Shown in pieces: positions 1 to 12,779 of a stretch of DNA of 64,000 nt. The stretch is from positions 20,398,001 to 20,462,000 of the forward strand of contig OZ024753.1 of the NCBI GenBank assembly GCA_964016885.1. The letters are read 5' to 3'. This DNA comes from Eledone cirrhosa. Its lineage: Eukaryota. The position numbers and the translations under genes are program-made. The notes beneath the pieces are model-generated. The model ran no database searches. It worked only from the letters and a program-made list of their open reading frames with translations, and was not told the DNA's origin. How positions within the stretch are numbered: position 1 is the stretch's first letter; the number at the start of each line of letters is the position of its first letter.

Positions 1-3000
1 AGGATCTGTGTGTGTTGTGATACAGTGTAGTGTCTAGGGAGTTGGGAAGGATCTGTGTGTGTTGTGATACAGTATAGTGTCTGGGGAGTTGGGAAGGATC
101 TGTGTGCGTTGTGATACAGTATAGTGTCTGGGGTGTTGGGAAGGATCTGTGTGTGTTGTGATACAGTGTAGTGTCTGGGGTGTTGGGAAGGATCTGTGTG
201 TGTTGTGATACAGTGTAGTGTCTGGGGTGTTGGGAAGGATCTGTGTGTGTTGTGATACAGTATAGTGTCTGGGGAGTTGGGAAGGATCTGTGTGTGTTGT
301 GATACAGTATAGTGTCTTGGGTGTTGGGAAGGATCTGTGTGTGTTGTGATACAGTGTAGTGCCTGGGGAGTTGGGAAGGATATGTGTGTGTTGTGATACA
401 GTGTAGTGTCTGGGGAGTTGGGAAGGATCTGTGTGTGGTGTGATACAGTGTAGTGTCTGGAGAGTTGGGAAGGATCTGTGTGTGTTGTGATACAGTGTAG
501 TGTCTGGGGAGTTGGGAAGGATCTGTGTGTGTTGTGATACAGTGTAGTGTCTGGGGAGTTGGGAAGGATCTGTGTGTGTTGTGATACAGTATAGTATCTG
601 GGGAGTTGGGAAGGATCTGTGTGTGTTGTGATACAGTGTAGTGTCTGGGGAGTTGGGAAGGATCTGTGTGTGTTGTGATACAGTATAGTGTCTGGGGTGT
701 TGGGAAGGATCTGTGTGTGTTGTGATACAGTATAGTGTCTGGGGAGTTGGGAAGGATCTGTGTGTGTTGTGATACAGTATAGTGTCTGGGGTGTTGGAAG
801 GATCTGTGTGTGTTGTGATACAGTGTAGTGTCTGGGGAGTTGGGAAGGATCTGTGTGTGTTGTGATACAGTATAGTGTCTGGTGTGTTGGGAAGGATCTG
901 TGTGTGTTGTGATACAGTGTAGTGTCTGGGGTGTTGGGAAGGATCTGTGTGTGTTGTGATACAGTGTAGTGTCTGGGGTGTTGGGAAGGATCTGTGTGTG
1001 TTGTGATACAGTATAGTGTCTGGGGAGTTGGGAAGGATCTGTGTGTGTTGTGATACAGTATAGTGTCTGGGGAGTTGGGAAGGATCTGTGTGTGTTGTGA
1101 TACAGTATAGTGTCTGGTGTGTTGGGAAGGATCTGTGTGTGTTGTGATACAGTGTAGTGTCTGGGGAGTTGGGATGGATCTGTGTGTGTTGTGATACAGT
1201 GTAGTGTCTGGGGAGTTGGGAAGGATCTGTGTGTGTTGTGATACAGTGTAGTGTCTGGGGAGTTGGGAAGGATCTGTGTGTGTTGTGATACAGTGTAGTG
1301 TCTGGGGAGTTGGGAAGGATCTGTGTGTGTTGTGATACAGTATAGTGTCTGGGGTGTTGGGAAGGATCTGTGTGTGTTGTGATACAGTGTAGTGTCTGGG
1401 GTGTTGGGAAGGATCTGTGTGTGTTTTGATACAGTATAGTGTCTGGGGAGTTGGGAAGGATCTGTGTGTGTTGTGATACAGTATAGTGTCTGGGGTGTTG
1501 GGAAGGATCTGTGTGTGTTGTAATACAGTGTAGTGTCTGGGGAGTTGGGAAGGATCTGTGTGTGTTGTGATACAGTGTAGTGCCTAGGGAGTTGGGAAGG
1601 ATCTGTGTGTGTTGTGATACAGTATAGTGTCTGGTGAGTTGGGGAGGATCTGTGTGTGTTGTGATACAGTATAGTGTCTGGGGTTTTGGGAAGGATCTGT
1701 GTGTGTTGTGATAGAGTGTAGTGTCTGGGGTGTTGGGAAGGATCTGTGTGTGTTGTGATACAGTGTAGTGTCTGGGGTGTTGGGAAGAATCTGTGTGTGT
1801 TGTGATACAGTATAGTGTCTGGGGAGTTGGGAAGGATCTGTGTGTGTTGTGATACAGTATAGTGTCTTGGGTGTTGGGAAGGATCTGTGTGTGTTGTGAT
1901 ACAGTGTAGTGTCTGGGGAGTTGGGGAGGATCTGTGTGTGTTGTGATACAGTGTAGTGTCTGGGGAGTTGGGAAGGATATGTGTGTGTTGTGATACAGTA
2001 TAGTGTCTGGGGAGTTGGGAAGGATCTGTGTGTGTTGTGATACAGTATAGTGTCTGGGGTGTTGGGAAGGATCTGTGTGTGTTGTGATACAGTGTAGTGT
2101 CTGATGAGTTGGGAAGGATCTGTGTGTGTTGTGATACAGTGTGTTGTCTGGGGTGTTGGGAAGGATCTGTGTGTGTTGTGATACAGTATAGTGTCTGGGA
2201 AGTTGGGAAGGATCTGTGTGTGTTGTGATACAGTATAGTGTCTGGGGAGTTGGGAAGGATCTGTGTGTGTTGTGATACAGTATAGTGTCTGGGGAGTTGG
2301 GAAGGATCTGTGTGTGTTGTGATACAGTATAGTGTCTGGGGTGTTGGGAAGGATCGGTGTGTGTTGTGATACAGTGTAGTGTCTGGGGAGTTGGGAAGGA
2401 TCTGTGTGTGTTGTGATACAGTGTAGTGTCTGGGGAGTTGGGAAGGATCTGTGTGTGTTGTGATACAGTGTAGTGTCTGGGGAGTTGGGAAGGATCTGTG
2501 TGTGTTGTGATACAGTGTAGTTACTGGGGAGTTGGGAAGGATCTGTGTGTGTTGTGATACAGTATAGTGTCTGGGGTGTTGGGAAGGATCTGTGTGTGTT
2601 GTGATACAGTTTAGTGTCTGGGGTGTTGGGAAGGATCTGTGTGTGTTGTGATACAGTATAGTGTCTGGGGAGTTGGGAAGGATCTGTGTGTGTTGTGATA
2701 CAGTGTAGTTACTGGGGAGTTGGGAAGGATCTGTGTGTGTTGTGATACAGTATAGTGTCTGGGGTGTTGGGAAGGATCTGTGTGTGTTGTGATACAGTGT
2801 AGTGTCTGGGGTGTTGGGAAGGATCTGTGTGTGTTGTGATACAGTATAGTGTCTGGGGAGTTGGGAAGGATCTGTGTGTGTTCTGATACAGTATAGTGTC
2901 TGGGGTGTTGGGAAGGATCTGTGTGTGTTGTGATACAGTGTAGTGTCTGGGGATTTGGGAAGGATCTGTGTGTGTTGTGATACAGTGTAGTGTCTAGGGA

Positions 3001-6000
3001 GTTGGGAAGGATCTGTGTGTGTTGTGATACAGTATAGTGTCTGGGGAGTTGGGAAGGATCTGTGTGCGTTGTGATACAGTATAGTGTCTGGGGTGTTGGG
3101 AAGGATCTGTGTGTGTTGTGATACAGTGTAGTGTCTGGGGTGTTGGGAAGGATCTGTGTGTGTTGTGATACAGTGTAGTGTCTGGGGTGTTGGGAAGGAT
3201 CTGTGTGTGTTGTGATACAGTATAGTGTCTGGGGAGTTGGGAAGGATCTGTGTGTGTTGTGATACAGTATAGTGTCTTAGGTGTTGGGAAGGATCTGTGT
3301 GTGTTGTGATACAGTGTAGTGTCTGGGGAGTTGGGAAGGATATGTGTGTGTTGTGATACAGTGTAGTGACTGGGGAGTTGGGAAGGATCTGTGTGTGGTG
3401 TGATACAGTGTAGTGTCTGGAGAGTTGGGAAGGATCTGTGTGTGTTGTGATACAGTGTAGTGTCTGGGGAGTTGGGAAGGATCTGTGTGTGTTGTGATAC
3501 AGTGTAGTGTCTGGGGAGTTGGGAAGCATCTGTGTGTGTTGTGATACAGTGTAGTGTCTGGGGAGTTGGGAAGAATCTGTGTGTGTTGTGATACAGTATA
3601 GTATCTGGGGAGTTGGGAAGGATCTGTGTGTGTTGTGATACAGTGTAGTGTCTGGGGAGTTGGGAAGGATCTGTGTGTGTTGTGATACAGTATAGTGTCT
3701 GGGGTGTTGCGAAGGATCTGTGTGTGTTGTGATACAGTATAGTGTCTGGGGAGTTGGGAAGGATCTGTTTGTGTTGTGATACAGTATAGTGTCTGGGGTG
3801 TTGGAAGGATCTGTGTGTGTTGTGATACAGTGTAGTGTCTGGGGAGTTGGGAAGGATCTGTGTGTGTTGTGATACAGTATAGTGTCTGGTGTGTTGGGAA
3901 GGATCTGTGTGTGTTGTGATACAGTGTAGTGTCTGGGGTGTTGGGAAGGATCTGTGTGTGTTGTGATACAGTGTAGTGTCTGGGGTGTTGGGAAGGATCT
4001 GTGTGTGTTGTGATACAGTATAGTGTCTGGGGAGTTGGGAAGGATCTGTGTGTGTTGTGATACAGTATAGTGTCTGGGGAGTTGGGAAGGATATGTGTGT
4101 GTTGTGATACAGTATAGTGTCTGGGGTGTTGGGAAGGATCTGTGTGTGTTGTGATACAGTGTAGTGTCTGGGGAGTTGGGATGGATCTGTGTGTGTTGTG
4201 ATACAGTGTAGTGTCTGGGGAGTTGGGAAGGATCTGTGTGTGTTGTGATACAGTGTAGTGTCTGGGGAGTTGGGAAGGATCTGTGTGTGTTGTGATACAG
4301 TGTAGTGTCTGGGGAGTTGGGGAGGATCTGTGTGTGTTGTGATACAGTATAGTGTCTGGGGTTTTGGGAAGGATATGTGTGTGTTGTGATAGAGTGTAGT
4401 GTCTGGGGTGTTGGGAAGGATCTGTGTGTGTTGTGATACAGTGTAGTGTCTGGGGTGTTGGGAAGAATCTGTGTGTGTTGTGATACAGTATAGTGTCTGG
4501 GGAGTTGGGAAGGATCTGTGTGTGTTGTGATACAGTATAGTGTCTTGGGTGTTGGGAAGGATCTGTGTGTGTTGTGATACAGTGTAGTGTCTGGGGAGTT
4601 GGGGAGGATCTGTGTGTGTTGTGATACAGTGTAGTGTCTGGGGAGTTGGGAAGGATATGTGTGTGTTGTGATACAGTATAGTGTCTGGGGAGTTGGGAAG
4701 GATCTGTGTGTGTTGTGATACAGTATAGTGTCTGGGGTGTTGGGAAGGATCTGTGTGTGTTGTGATACAGTGTAGTGTCTGATGAGTTGGGAAGGATCTG
4801 TGTGTGTTGTGATACAGTGTGTTGTCTGGGGTGTTGGGAAGGATCTGTGTGTGTTGTGATACAGTATAGTGTCTGGGAAGTTGGGAAGGATCTGTGTGTG
4901 TTGTGATACAGTATAGTGTCTGGGGAGTTGGGAAGGATCTGTGTGTGTTGTGATACAGTATAGTGTCTGGGGAGTTGGGAAGGATCTGTGTGTGTTGTGA
5001 TACAGTATAGTGTCTGGGGTGTTGGGAAGGATCGGTGTGTGTTGTGATACAGTGTAGTGTCTGGGGAGTTGGGAAGGATCTGTGTGTGTTGTGATACAGT
5101 GTAGTGTCTGGGGAGTTGGGAAGGATCTGTGTGTGTTGTGATACAGTGTAGTGTCTGGGGAGTTGGGAAGGATCTGTGTGTGTTGTGATACAGTGTAGTT
5201 ACTGGGGAGTTGGGAAGGATCTGTGTGTGTTGTGATACAGTATAGTGTCTGGGGTGTTGGGAAGGATCTGTGTGTGTTGTGATACAGTTTAGTGTCTGGG
5301 GTGTTGGGAAGGATCTGTGTGTGTTGTGATACAGTATAGTGTCTGGGGAGTTGGGAAGGATCTGTGTGTGTTGTGATACAGTGTAGTTACTGGGGAGTTG
5401 GGAAGGATCTGTGTGTGTTGTGATACAGTATAGTGTCTGGGGTGTTGGGAAGGATCTGTGTGTGTTGTGATACAGTGTAGTGTCTGGGGTGTTGGGAAGG
5501 ATCTGTGTGTGTTGTGATACAGTATAGTGTCTGGGGAGTTGGGAAGGATCTGTGTGTGTTCTGATACAGTATAGTGTATGGGGTGTTGGGAAGGATCTGT
5601 GTGTGTTGTGATACAGTGTAGTGTCTGGGGATTTGGGAAGGATCTGTGTGTGTTGTGATACAGTGTAGTGTCTAGGGAGTTGGGAAGGATCTGTGTGTGT
5701 TGTGATACAGTATAGTGTCTGGGGAGTTGGGAAGGATCTGTGTGCGTTGTGATACAGTATAGTGTCTGGGGTGTTGGGAAGGATCTGTGTGTGTTGTGAT
5801 ACAGTGTAGTGTCTGGGGTGTTGGGAAGGATCTGTGTGTGTTGTGATACAGTGTAGTGTCTGGGGTGTTGGGAAGGATCTGTGTGTGTTGTGATACAGTA
5901 TAGTGTCTGGGGAGTTGGGAAGGATCTGTGTGTGTTGTGATACAGTATAGTGTCTTGGGTGTTGGGAAGGATCTGTGTGTGTTGTGATACAGTGTAGTGT

Positions 6001-9000
6001 CTGGGGAGTTGGGAAGGATATGTGTGTGTTGTGATACAGTGTAGTGACTGGGGAGTTGGGAAGGATCTGTGTGTGGTGTGATACAGTGTAGTGTCTGGAG
6101 AGTTGGGAAGGATCTGTGTGTGTTGTGATACAGTGTAGTGTCTGGGGAGTTGGGAAGGATCTGTGTGTGTTGTGATACAGTGTAGTGTCTGGGGAGTTGG
6201 GAAGCATCTGTGTGTGTTGTGATACAGTGTAGTGTCTGGGGAGTTGGGAAGGATCTGTGTGTGTTGTGATACAGTATAGTATCTGGGGAGTTGGGAAGGA
6301 TCTGTGTGTGTTGTGATACAGTGTAGTGTCTGGGGAGTTGGGAAGGATCTGTGTGTGTTGTGATACAGTATAGTGTCTGGGGTGTTGCGAAGGATCTGTG
6401 TGTGTTGTGATACAGTATAGTGTCTGGGGAGTTGGGAAGGATCTGTGCGTGTTGTGATACAGTATAGTGTCTGGGGTGTTGGAAGGATCTGTGTGTGTTG
6501 TGATACAGTGTAGTGTCTGGGGAGTTGGGAAGGATCTGTGTGTGTTGTGATACAGTATAGTGTCTGGTGTGTTGGGAAGGATCTGTGTGTGTTGTGATAC
6601 AGTGTAGTGTCTGGGGTGTTGGGAAGGATCTGTGTGTGTTGTGATACAGTGTAGTGTCTGGGGTGTTGGGAAGGATCTGTGTGTGTTGTGATACAGTATA
6701 GTGTCTGGGGAGTTGGGAAGGATCTGTGTGTGTTGTGATACAGTATAGTGTCTGGGGAGTTGGGAAGGATATGTGTGTGTTGTGATACAGTATAGTGTCT
6801 GGGGTGTTGGGAAGGATCTGTGTGTGTTGTGATACAGTGTAGTGTCTGGGGAGTTGGGATGGATCTGTGTGTGTTGTGATACAGTGTAGTGTCTGGGGAG
6901 TTGGGAAGGATCTGTGTGTGTTGTGATACAGTGTAGTGTCTGGGGAGTTGGGAAGGATCTGTGTGTGTTGTGATACAGTGTAGTGTCTGGGGAGTTGGGA
7001 AGGATCTGTGTGTTGTGATACAGTATAGTGTCTGGGGTGTTGGGAAGGATCTGTGTGTGTTGTGATACAGTGTAGTGTCTGGGGAGTTGGGAAGGATATG
7101 TGTGTGTTGTGATACAGTGTAGTGTCTGGGGAGTTGGGAAGGATCTGTGTGTGTTGTGATACAGTGTAGTGTCTGGGGAGTTGGGAAGGATCTGTGTGTG
7201 TTGTGATACAGTATAGTGTCTGGGGTGTTGGGAAGGATCTGTGTGTGTTGTGATACAGTGTAGTGTCTGGGGTGTTGGGAAGGATCTGTGTGTGTTGTGA
7301 TACAGTATAGTGTCTGGGGAGTTGGGAAGGATCTGTGTGTGTTGTGATACAGTATAGTGTCTGGGGTGTTGGGAAGGATCTGTGTGTGTTGTAATACAGT
7401 GTAGTCTCTGGGGAGTTGGGAAGGATCTGTGTGTGTTGTGATACAGTGTAGTGCCTAGGGAGTTGGGAATGATCTGTGTGTGTTGTGATACAGTATAGTG
7501 TCTGGGGAGTTGGGGAGGATCTGTGTGTGTTGTGATACAGTATAGTGTCTGGGGTTTTGGGAAGGATCTGTGTGTGTTGTGATAGAGTGTAGTGTCTGGG
7601 GTGTTGGGAAGGATCTGTGTGTGTTGTGATACAGTGTAGTGTCTGGGGTGTTGGGAAGAATCTGTGTGTGTTGTGATACAGTATAGTGTCTGGGGAGTTG
7701 GGAAGGATCTGTGTGTGTTGTGATACAGTATAGTGTCTTGGGTGTTGGGAAGGATCTGTGTGTGTTGTGATACAGTGTAGTGTCTGGGGAGTTGGGGAGG
7801 ATCTGTGTGTGTTGTGATACAGTGTAGTGTCTGGGGAGTTGGGAAGGATATGTGTGTGTTGTGATACAGTATAGTGTCTGGGGAGTTGGGAAGGATCTGT
7901 GTGTGTTGTGATACAGTATAGTGTCTGGGGTGTTGGGAAGGATCTGTGTGTGTTGTGATACAGTGTAGTGTCTGATGAGTTGGGAAGGATCTGTGTGTGT
8001 TGTGATACAGTGTGTTGTCTGGGGTGTTGGGAAGGATCTGTGTGTGTTGTGATACAGTATAGTGTCTGGGAAGTTGGGAAGGAACTGTGTGTGTTGTGAT
8101 ACAGTATAGTGTCTGGGGAGTTGGGAAGGATCTGTGTGTGTTGTGATACAGTATAGTGTCTGGGGAGTTGGGAAGGATCTGTGTGTGTTGTGATACAGTA
8201 TAGTGTCTGGGGTGTTGGGAAGGATCGGTGTGTGTTGTGATACAGTGTAGTGTCTGGGGAGTTGGGAAGGATCTGTGTGTGTTGTGATACAGTGTAGTGT
8301 CTGGGGAGTTGGGAAGGATCTGTGTGTGTTGTGATACAGTGTAGTGTCTGGGGAGTTGGGAAGGATCTGTGTGTGTTGTGATACAGTGTAGTTACTGGGG
8401 AGTTGGGAAGGATCTGTGTGTGTTGTGATACAGTATAGTGTCTGGGGTGTTGGGAAGGATCTGTGTGTGTTGTGATACAGTTTAGTGTCTGGGGTGTTGG
8501 GAAGGATCTGTGTGTGTTGTGATACAGTATAGTGTCTGGGGAGTTGGGAAGGATCTGTGTGTGTTGTGATACAGTGTAGTTACTGGGGAGTTGGGAAGGA
8601 TCTGTGTGTGTTGTGATACAGTATAGTGTCTGGGGTGTTGGGAAGGATCTGTGTGTGTTGTGATACAGTGTAGTGTCTGGGGTGTTGGGAAGGATCTGTG
8701 TGTGTTGTGATACAGTATAGTGTCTGGGGAGTTGGGAAGGATCTGTGTGTGTTCTGATACAGTATAGTGTCTGGGGTGTTGGGAAGGATCTGTGTGTGTT
8801 GTGATACAGTGTAGTGTCTGGGGATTTGGGAAGGATCTGTGTGTGTTGTGATACAGTGTAGTGTCTAGGGAGTTGGGAAGGATCTGTGTGTGTTGTGATA
8901 CAGTATAGTGTCTGGGGAGTTGGGAAGGATCTGTGTGCGTTGTGATACAGTATAGTGTCTGGGGTGTTGGGAAGGATCTGTGTGTGTTGTGATACAGTGT

Positions 9001-9720
9001 AGTGTCTGGGGTGTTGGGAAGGATCTGTGTGTGTTGTAATACAGTGTAGTGTCTGGGGTGTTGGGAAGGATCTGTGTGTGTTGTGATACAGTATAGTGTC
9101 TGGGGAGTTGGGAAGGATCTGTGTGTGTTGTGATACAGTATAGTGTCTTGGGTGTTGGGAAGGATCTGTGTGTGTTGTGATACAGTGTAGTGTCTGGGGA
9201 GTTGGGAAGGATATGTGTGTGTTGTGATACAGTGTAGTGACTGGGGAGTTGGGAAGGATCTGTGTGTGGTGTGATACAGTGTAGTGTCTGGAGAGTTGGG
9301 AAGGATCTGTGTGTGTTGTGATACAGTGTAGTGTCTGGGGAGTTGGGAAGGATCTGTGTGTGTTGTGATACAGTGTAGTGTCTGGGGAGTTGGGAAGCAT
9401 CTGTGTGTGTTGTGATACAGTGTAGTGTCTGGGGAGTTGGGAAGGATCTGTGTGTGTTGTGATACAGTATAGTGTCTGGGGTGTTGCGAAGGATCTGTGT
9501 GTGTTGTGATACAGTATAGTGTCTGGGGAGTTGGGAAGGATCTGTGTGTGTTGTGATACAGTATAGTGTCTGGGGTGTTGGAAGGATCTGTGTGTGTTGT
9601 GATACAGTGTAGTGTCTGGGGAGTTGGGAAGGATCTGTGTGTGTTGTGATACAGTATAGTGTCTGGTGTGTTGGGAAGGATCTGTGTGTGTTGTGATACA
9701 GTGTAGTGTCTGGGGTGTTG
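1..9720 (+). repeat. Copy 1 of a near-identical block of at least 9.7 kb, duplicated at offset 30,191 bp
   Basis: Private variants are shared at a constant offset: GCCTGGGG 361/30552, GTTTTGAT ~1424/31615, CTTAGGTG ~3276/33467, GTATGGGG ~5576/35767, GGAACT ~8081/38272. The ORF pairs 3277/33468, 5672/35863 and 8482/38673 differ by the same 30,191. Confidence 0.93.
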
Positions 9721-12700
9721 GGAAGGATCTGTGTGTGTTGTGATACAGTATAGTGTCTGGGGAGTTGGGAAGGATCTTGTGTGTTGTGATACAGTATAGT
9801 GTCTGGGGAGTTGGGAAGGATATGTGTGTGTTGTGATACAGTATAGTGTCTGGGGTGTTGGGAAGGATCTGTGTGTGTTGTGATACAGTGTAGTGTCTGG
9901 GGAGTTGGGATGGATCTGTGTGTGTTGTGATACAGTGTAGTGTCTGGGGAGTTGGGAAGGATCTGTGTGTGTTGTGATACAGTGTAGTGTCTGGGGAGTT
10001 GGGAAGGATCTGTGTGTGTTGTGATACAATATAGTGTCTTGGGTGTTGGGAAGGATCTGTGTGTGTTGTGATACAGTGTAGTGTCTGGGGAGTTGGGGAG
10101 TATCTGTGTGTGTTGTGATACAGTGTAGTGTCTGGGAAGTTGGGAAGGATCTGTGTGTGTTGTGATACAGTATAGTGTCTGGGGAGTTGGGAAGGATCTG
10201 TGTGTGTTGGGATACAGTATAGTGTCTGGGGTGTTGGTAAGGATCTGTGTGTGTTGTGATACAGTGTAGTGTCTGGGGAGTTGGGAAGGATCTGTGTGTG
10301 TTGTGATACAGTATAGTGTCTTGGGTGTTGGGAAGGATCTGTGTGTGTTGTGATACAGTGTAGTGTCTGGGGAGTTGGGGAGGATCTGTGTGTGTTGTGA
10401 TACAGTGTAGTGTCTGGGGAGTTGGGAAGGATCTGTGTGTGTTGTGATACAGTATAGTGTCTGGGGTGTTGGGAAGGATCTGTGTGTGTTGTGATACAGT
10501 GTAGTGTCTGGGGTGTTGGGAAGGATCTGTGTGTGTTGTGATACAGTATAGTGTCTGGGGAGTTGGGAAGGATCTGTGTGCGTTGTGATACAGTATAGTG
10601 TCTGGGGTGTTGGGAAGGATCTGTGTGTGTTGTGATACAGTGTAGTGTCTGGGGTGTTGGGAAGGATCTGTGTGTGTTGTGATACAGTGTAGTGTCTGGG
10701 GTGTTGGGAAGGATCTGTGTGTGTTGTGATACAGTATAGTGTCTGGGGAGTTGGGAAGGATCTGTGTGTGTTGTGATACAGTATAGTGTCTTGGGTGTTG
10801 GGAAGGATCTGTGTGTGTTGTGATACAGTGTAGTGTCTGGGGAGTTGGGAAGGATATGTGTGTGTTGTGATACAGTGTAGTGTCTGGGGAGTTGGGAAGG
10901 ATCTGTGTGTGGTGTGATACAGTGTAGTGTCTGGAGAGTTGGGAAGGATCTGTGTGTGTTGTGATACAGTGTAGTCTGTGGGGAGTTGGGAAGGATCTGT
11001 GTGTGTTGTGATACAGTGTAGTGTCTGGGGAGTTGGGAAGCATCTGTGTGTGTTGTGATACAGTGTAGTGTCTGGGGAGTTGGGAAGGATCTGTGTGTGT
11101 TGTGATACAGTGTAGTGTCTGGGGAGTTGGGAAGGATCTGTGTGTGTTGTGATACAGTGTAGTGTCTGGGGAGTTGGGAAGGATCTGTGTGTGTTGTGAT
11201 ACAGTGTAGTGTCTGGGGAGTTGGGAAGGATCTGTGTGTGTTGTGATACAGTATAGTGTCTGGGGTGTTGGGAAGGATCTGTGTGTGTTGTGATACAGTG
11301 TAGTGTCTGGGGTGTTGGGAAGGATCTGTGTGTGTTGTGATACAGTATAGTGTCTGGGGAGTTGGGAAGGATCTGTGTGTGTTGTGATACAGTATAGTGT
11401 CTGGGGTGTTGGGAAGGATCTGTGTGTGTTGTGATACAGTGTAGTGTCTGGGGAGTTGGGAAGGATATGTGTGTGTTGTGATACAGTGTAGTGCCTAGAG
11501 AGTTGGGAAGGATCTGTGTGTGTTGTGATACAGTATAGTGTCTGGGGAGTTGGGAAGGATCTGTGTGTGTTGTGATACAGTATAGTGTCTGGGGTTTTGG
11601 GAAGGATCTGTGTGTGTTGTGATAGAGTGTAGTGTCTGGGGTGTTGGGAAGGATCTGTGTGTGTTGTGATACAGTGTAGTGTCTGGGGTGTTGGGAAGAA
11701 TCTGTGTGTGTTGTGATACAGTATAGTGTCTGGGGAGTTGGGAAGGATCTGTGTGTGTTGTGATACAGTATAGTGTCTTGGGTGTTGGGAAGGATCTGTG
11801 TGTGTTGTGATACAGTGTAGTGTCTGGGGAGTTGGTGAGGATCTGTGTGTGTTGTGATACAGTGTAGTGTCTGGGGAGTTGGGAAGGATCTGTGTGTGGT
11901 GTGATACAGTGTAGTGTCTGGAGAGTTGGGAAGGATCTGTGTGTGTTGTGATACAGTGTAGTGTCTGGGGAGTTGGGAAGGATCTGTGTGTGTTGTGATA
12001 CAGTATAGTGTCTGGGGAGTTGGGAAGGATATGTGTGTGTTGTGATACAGTATAGTGTCTGGGGAGTTGGGAAGGATCTGTGTGTGTTGTGATACAGTAT
12101 AGTGTCTGGGGTGTTGGGAAGGATCTGTGTGTGTTGTGATACAGTGTAGTGTCTGATGAGTTGGGAAGGATCTGTGTGTGTTGTGATACAGTGTGTTGTA
12201 TGGGGTGTTGGGAAGGATCTGTGTGTGTTGTGATACAGTATAGTGTTTGGGAAGTTGGGAAGGATCTGTGTGTGTTGTGATACAGTATAGTGTCTGGGGA
12301 GTTGGGAAGGATCTGTGTGTGTTGTGATACAGTATAGTGTCTGGGGAGTTGGGAAGGATCTGTGTGTGTTGTGATACAGTATAGTGTCTGGGGTGTTGGG
12401 AAGGATATGTGTGTGTTGTGATACAGTGTAGTGTCTGGGGAGTTAGGAAGGATCTGTGTGTGTTGTGATACAGTGTAGTGTCTGGGGAGTTGGGAAGGAT
12501 CTGTGTGTGTTGTGATACAGTGTAGTGTCTGGGGAGTTGGGAAGGATCTGTGTGTGTTGTGATACAGTGTAGTTACTGGGGAGTTGGGAAGGATCTGTGT
12601 GTTGTGATACAGTATAGTGTCTGGGGTGTTGGGAAGGATCTGTGTGTGTTGTGATACAGTGTAGTGTCTGGGGTGTTGGGAAGGATCTGTGTGTGTTGTG

Positions 12701-12779
12701 ATACAGTATAGTGTCTGGGGAGTTGGGAAGGATCTGTGTGTGTTGTGATACAGTGTAGTTACTGGGAAGTTGGGAAGGA

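Noticed and set aside
4-33. V(D)J recombination signal-like motif (TACAGTG / CACTGTA with CA-rich tract)
   Set aside because: The plus-strand heptamer lacks the essential CAC, there is no convincing ACAAAAACC nonamer at 12 or 23 bp on either strand, and there are no gene segments.
3-48. Regulatory site arrays: GATC (Dam/iteron-like) and TGGGAA (CSL/Ikaros-like core) in each unit
   Set aside because: Short motifs are expected by chance in any monomer, and there is no host or binding evidence. The only practical consequence is a 47-bp Sau3AI/DpnII ladder.
2101-2120. Hammerhead ribozyme core (CTGATGAG), as in newt or schistosome satellite ribozymes
   Set aside because: CUGAUGA is present once per HOR, but it is followed by GTTGGGAAG, with no stem II closing pair and no GAAA. 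The C-poor strand cannot form stems I and III. The motif is just a 2-base change from consensus CTGGGGAG.
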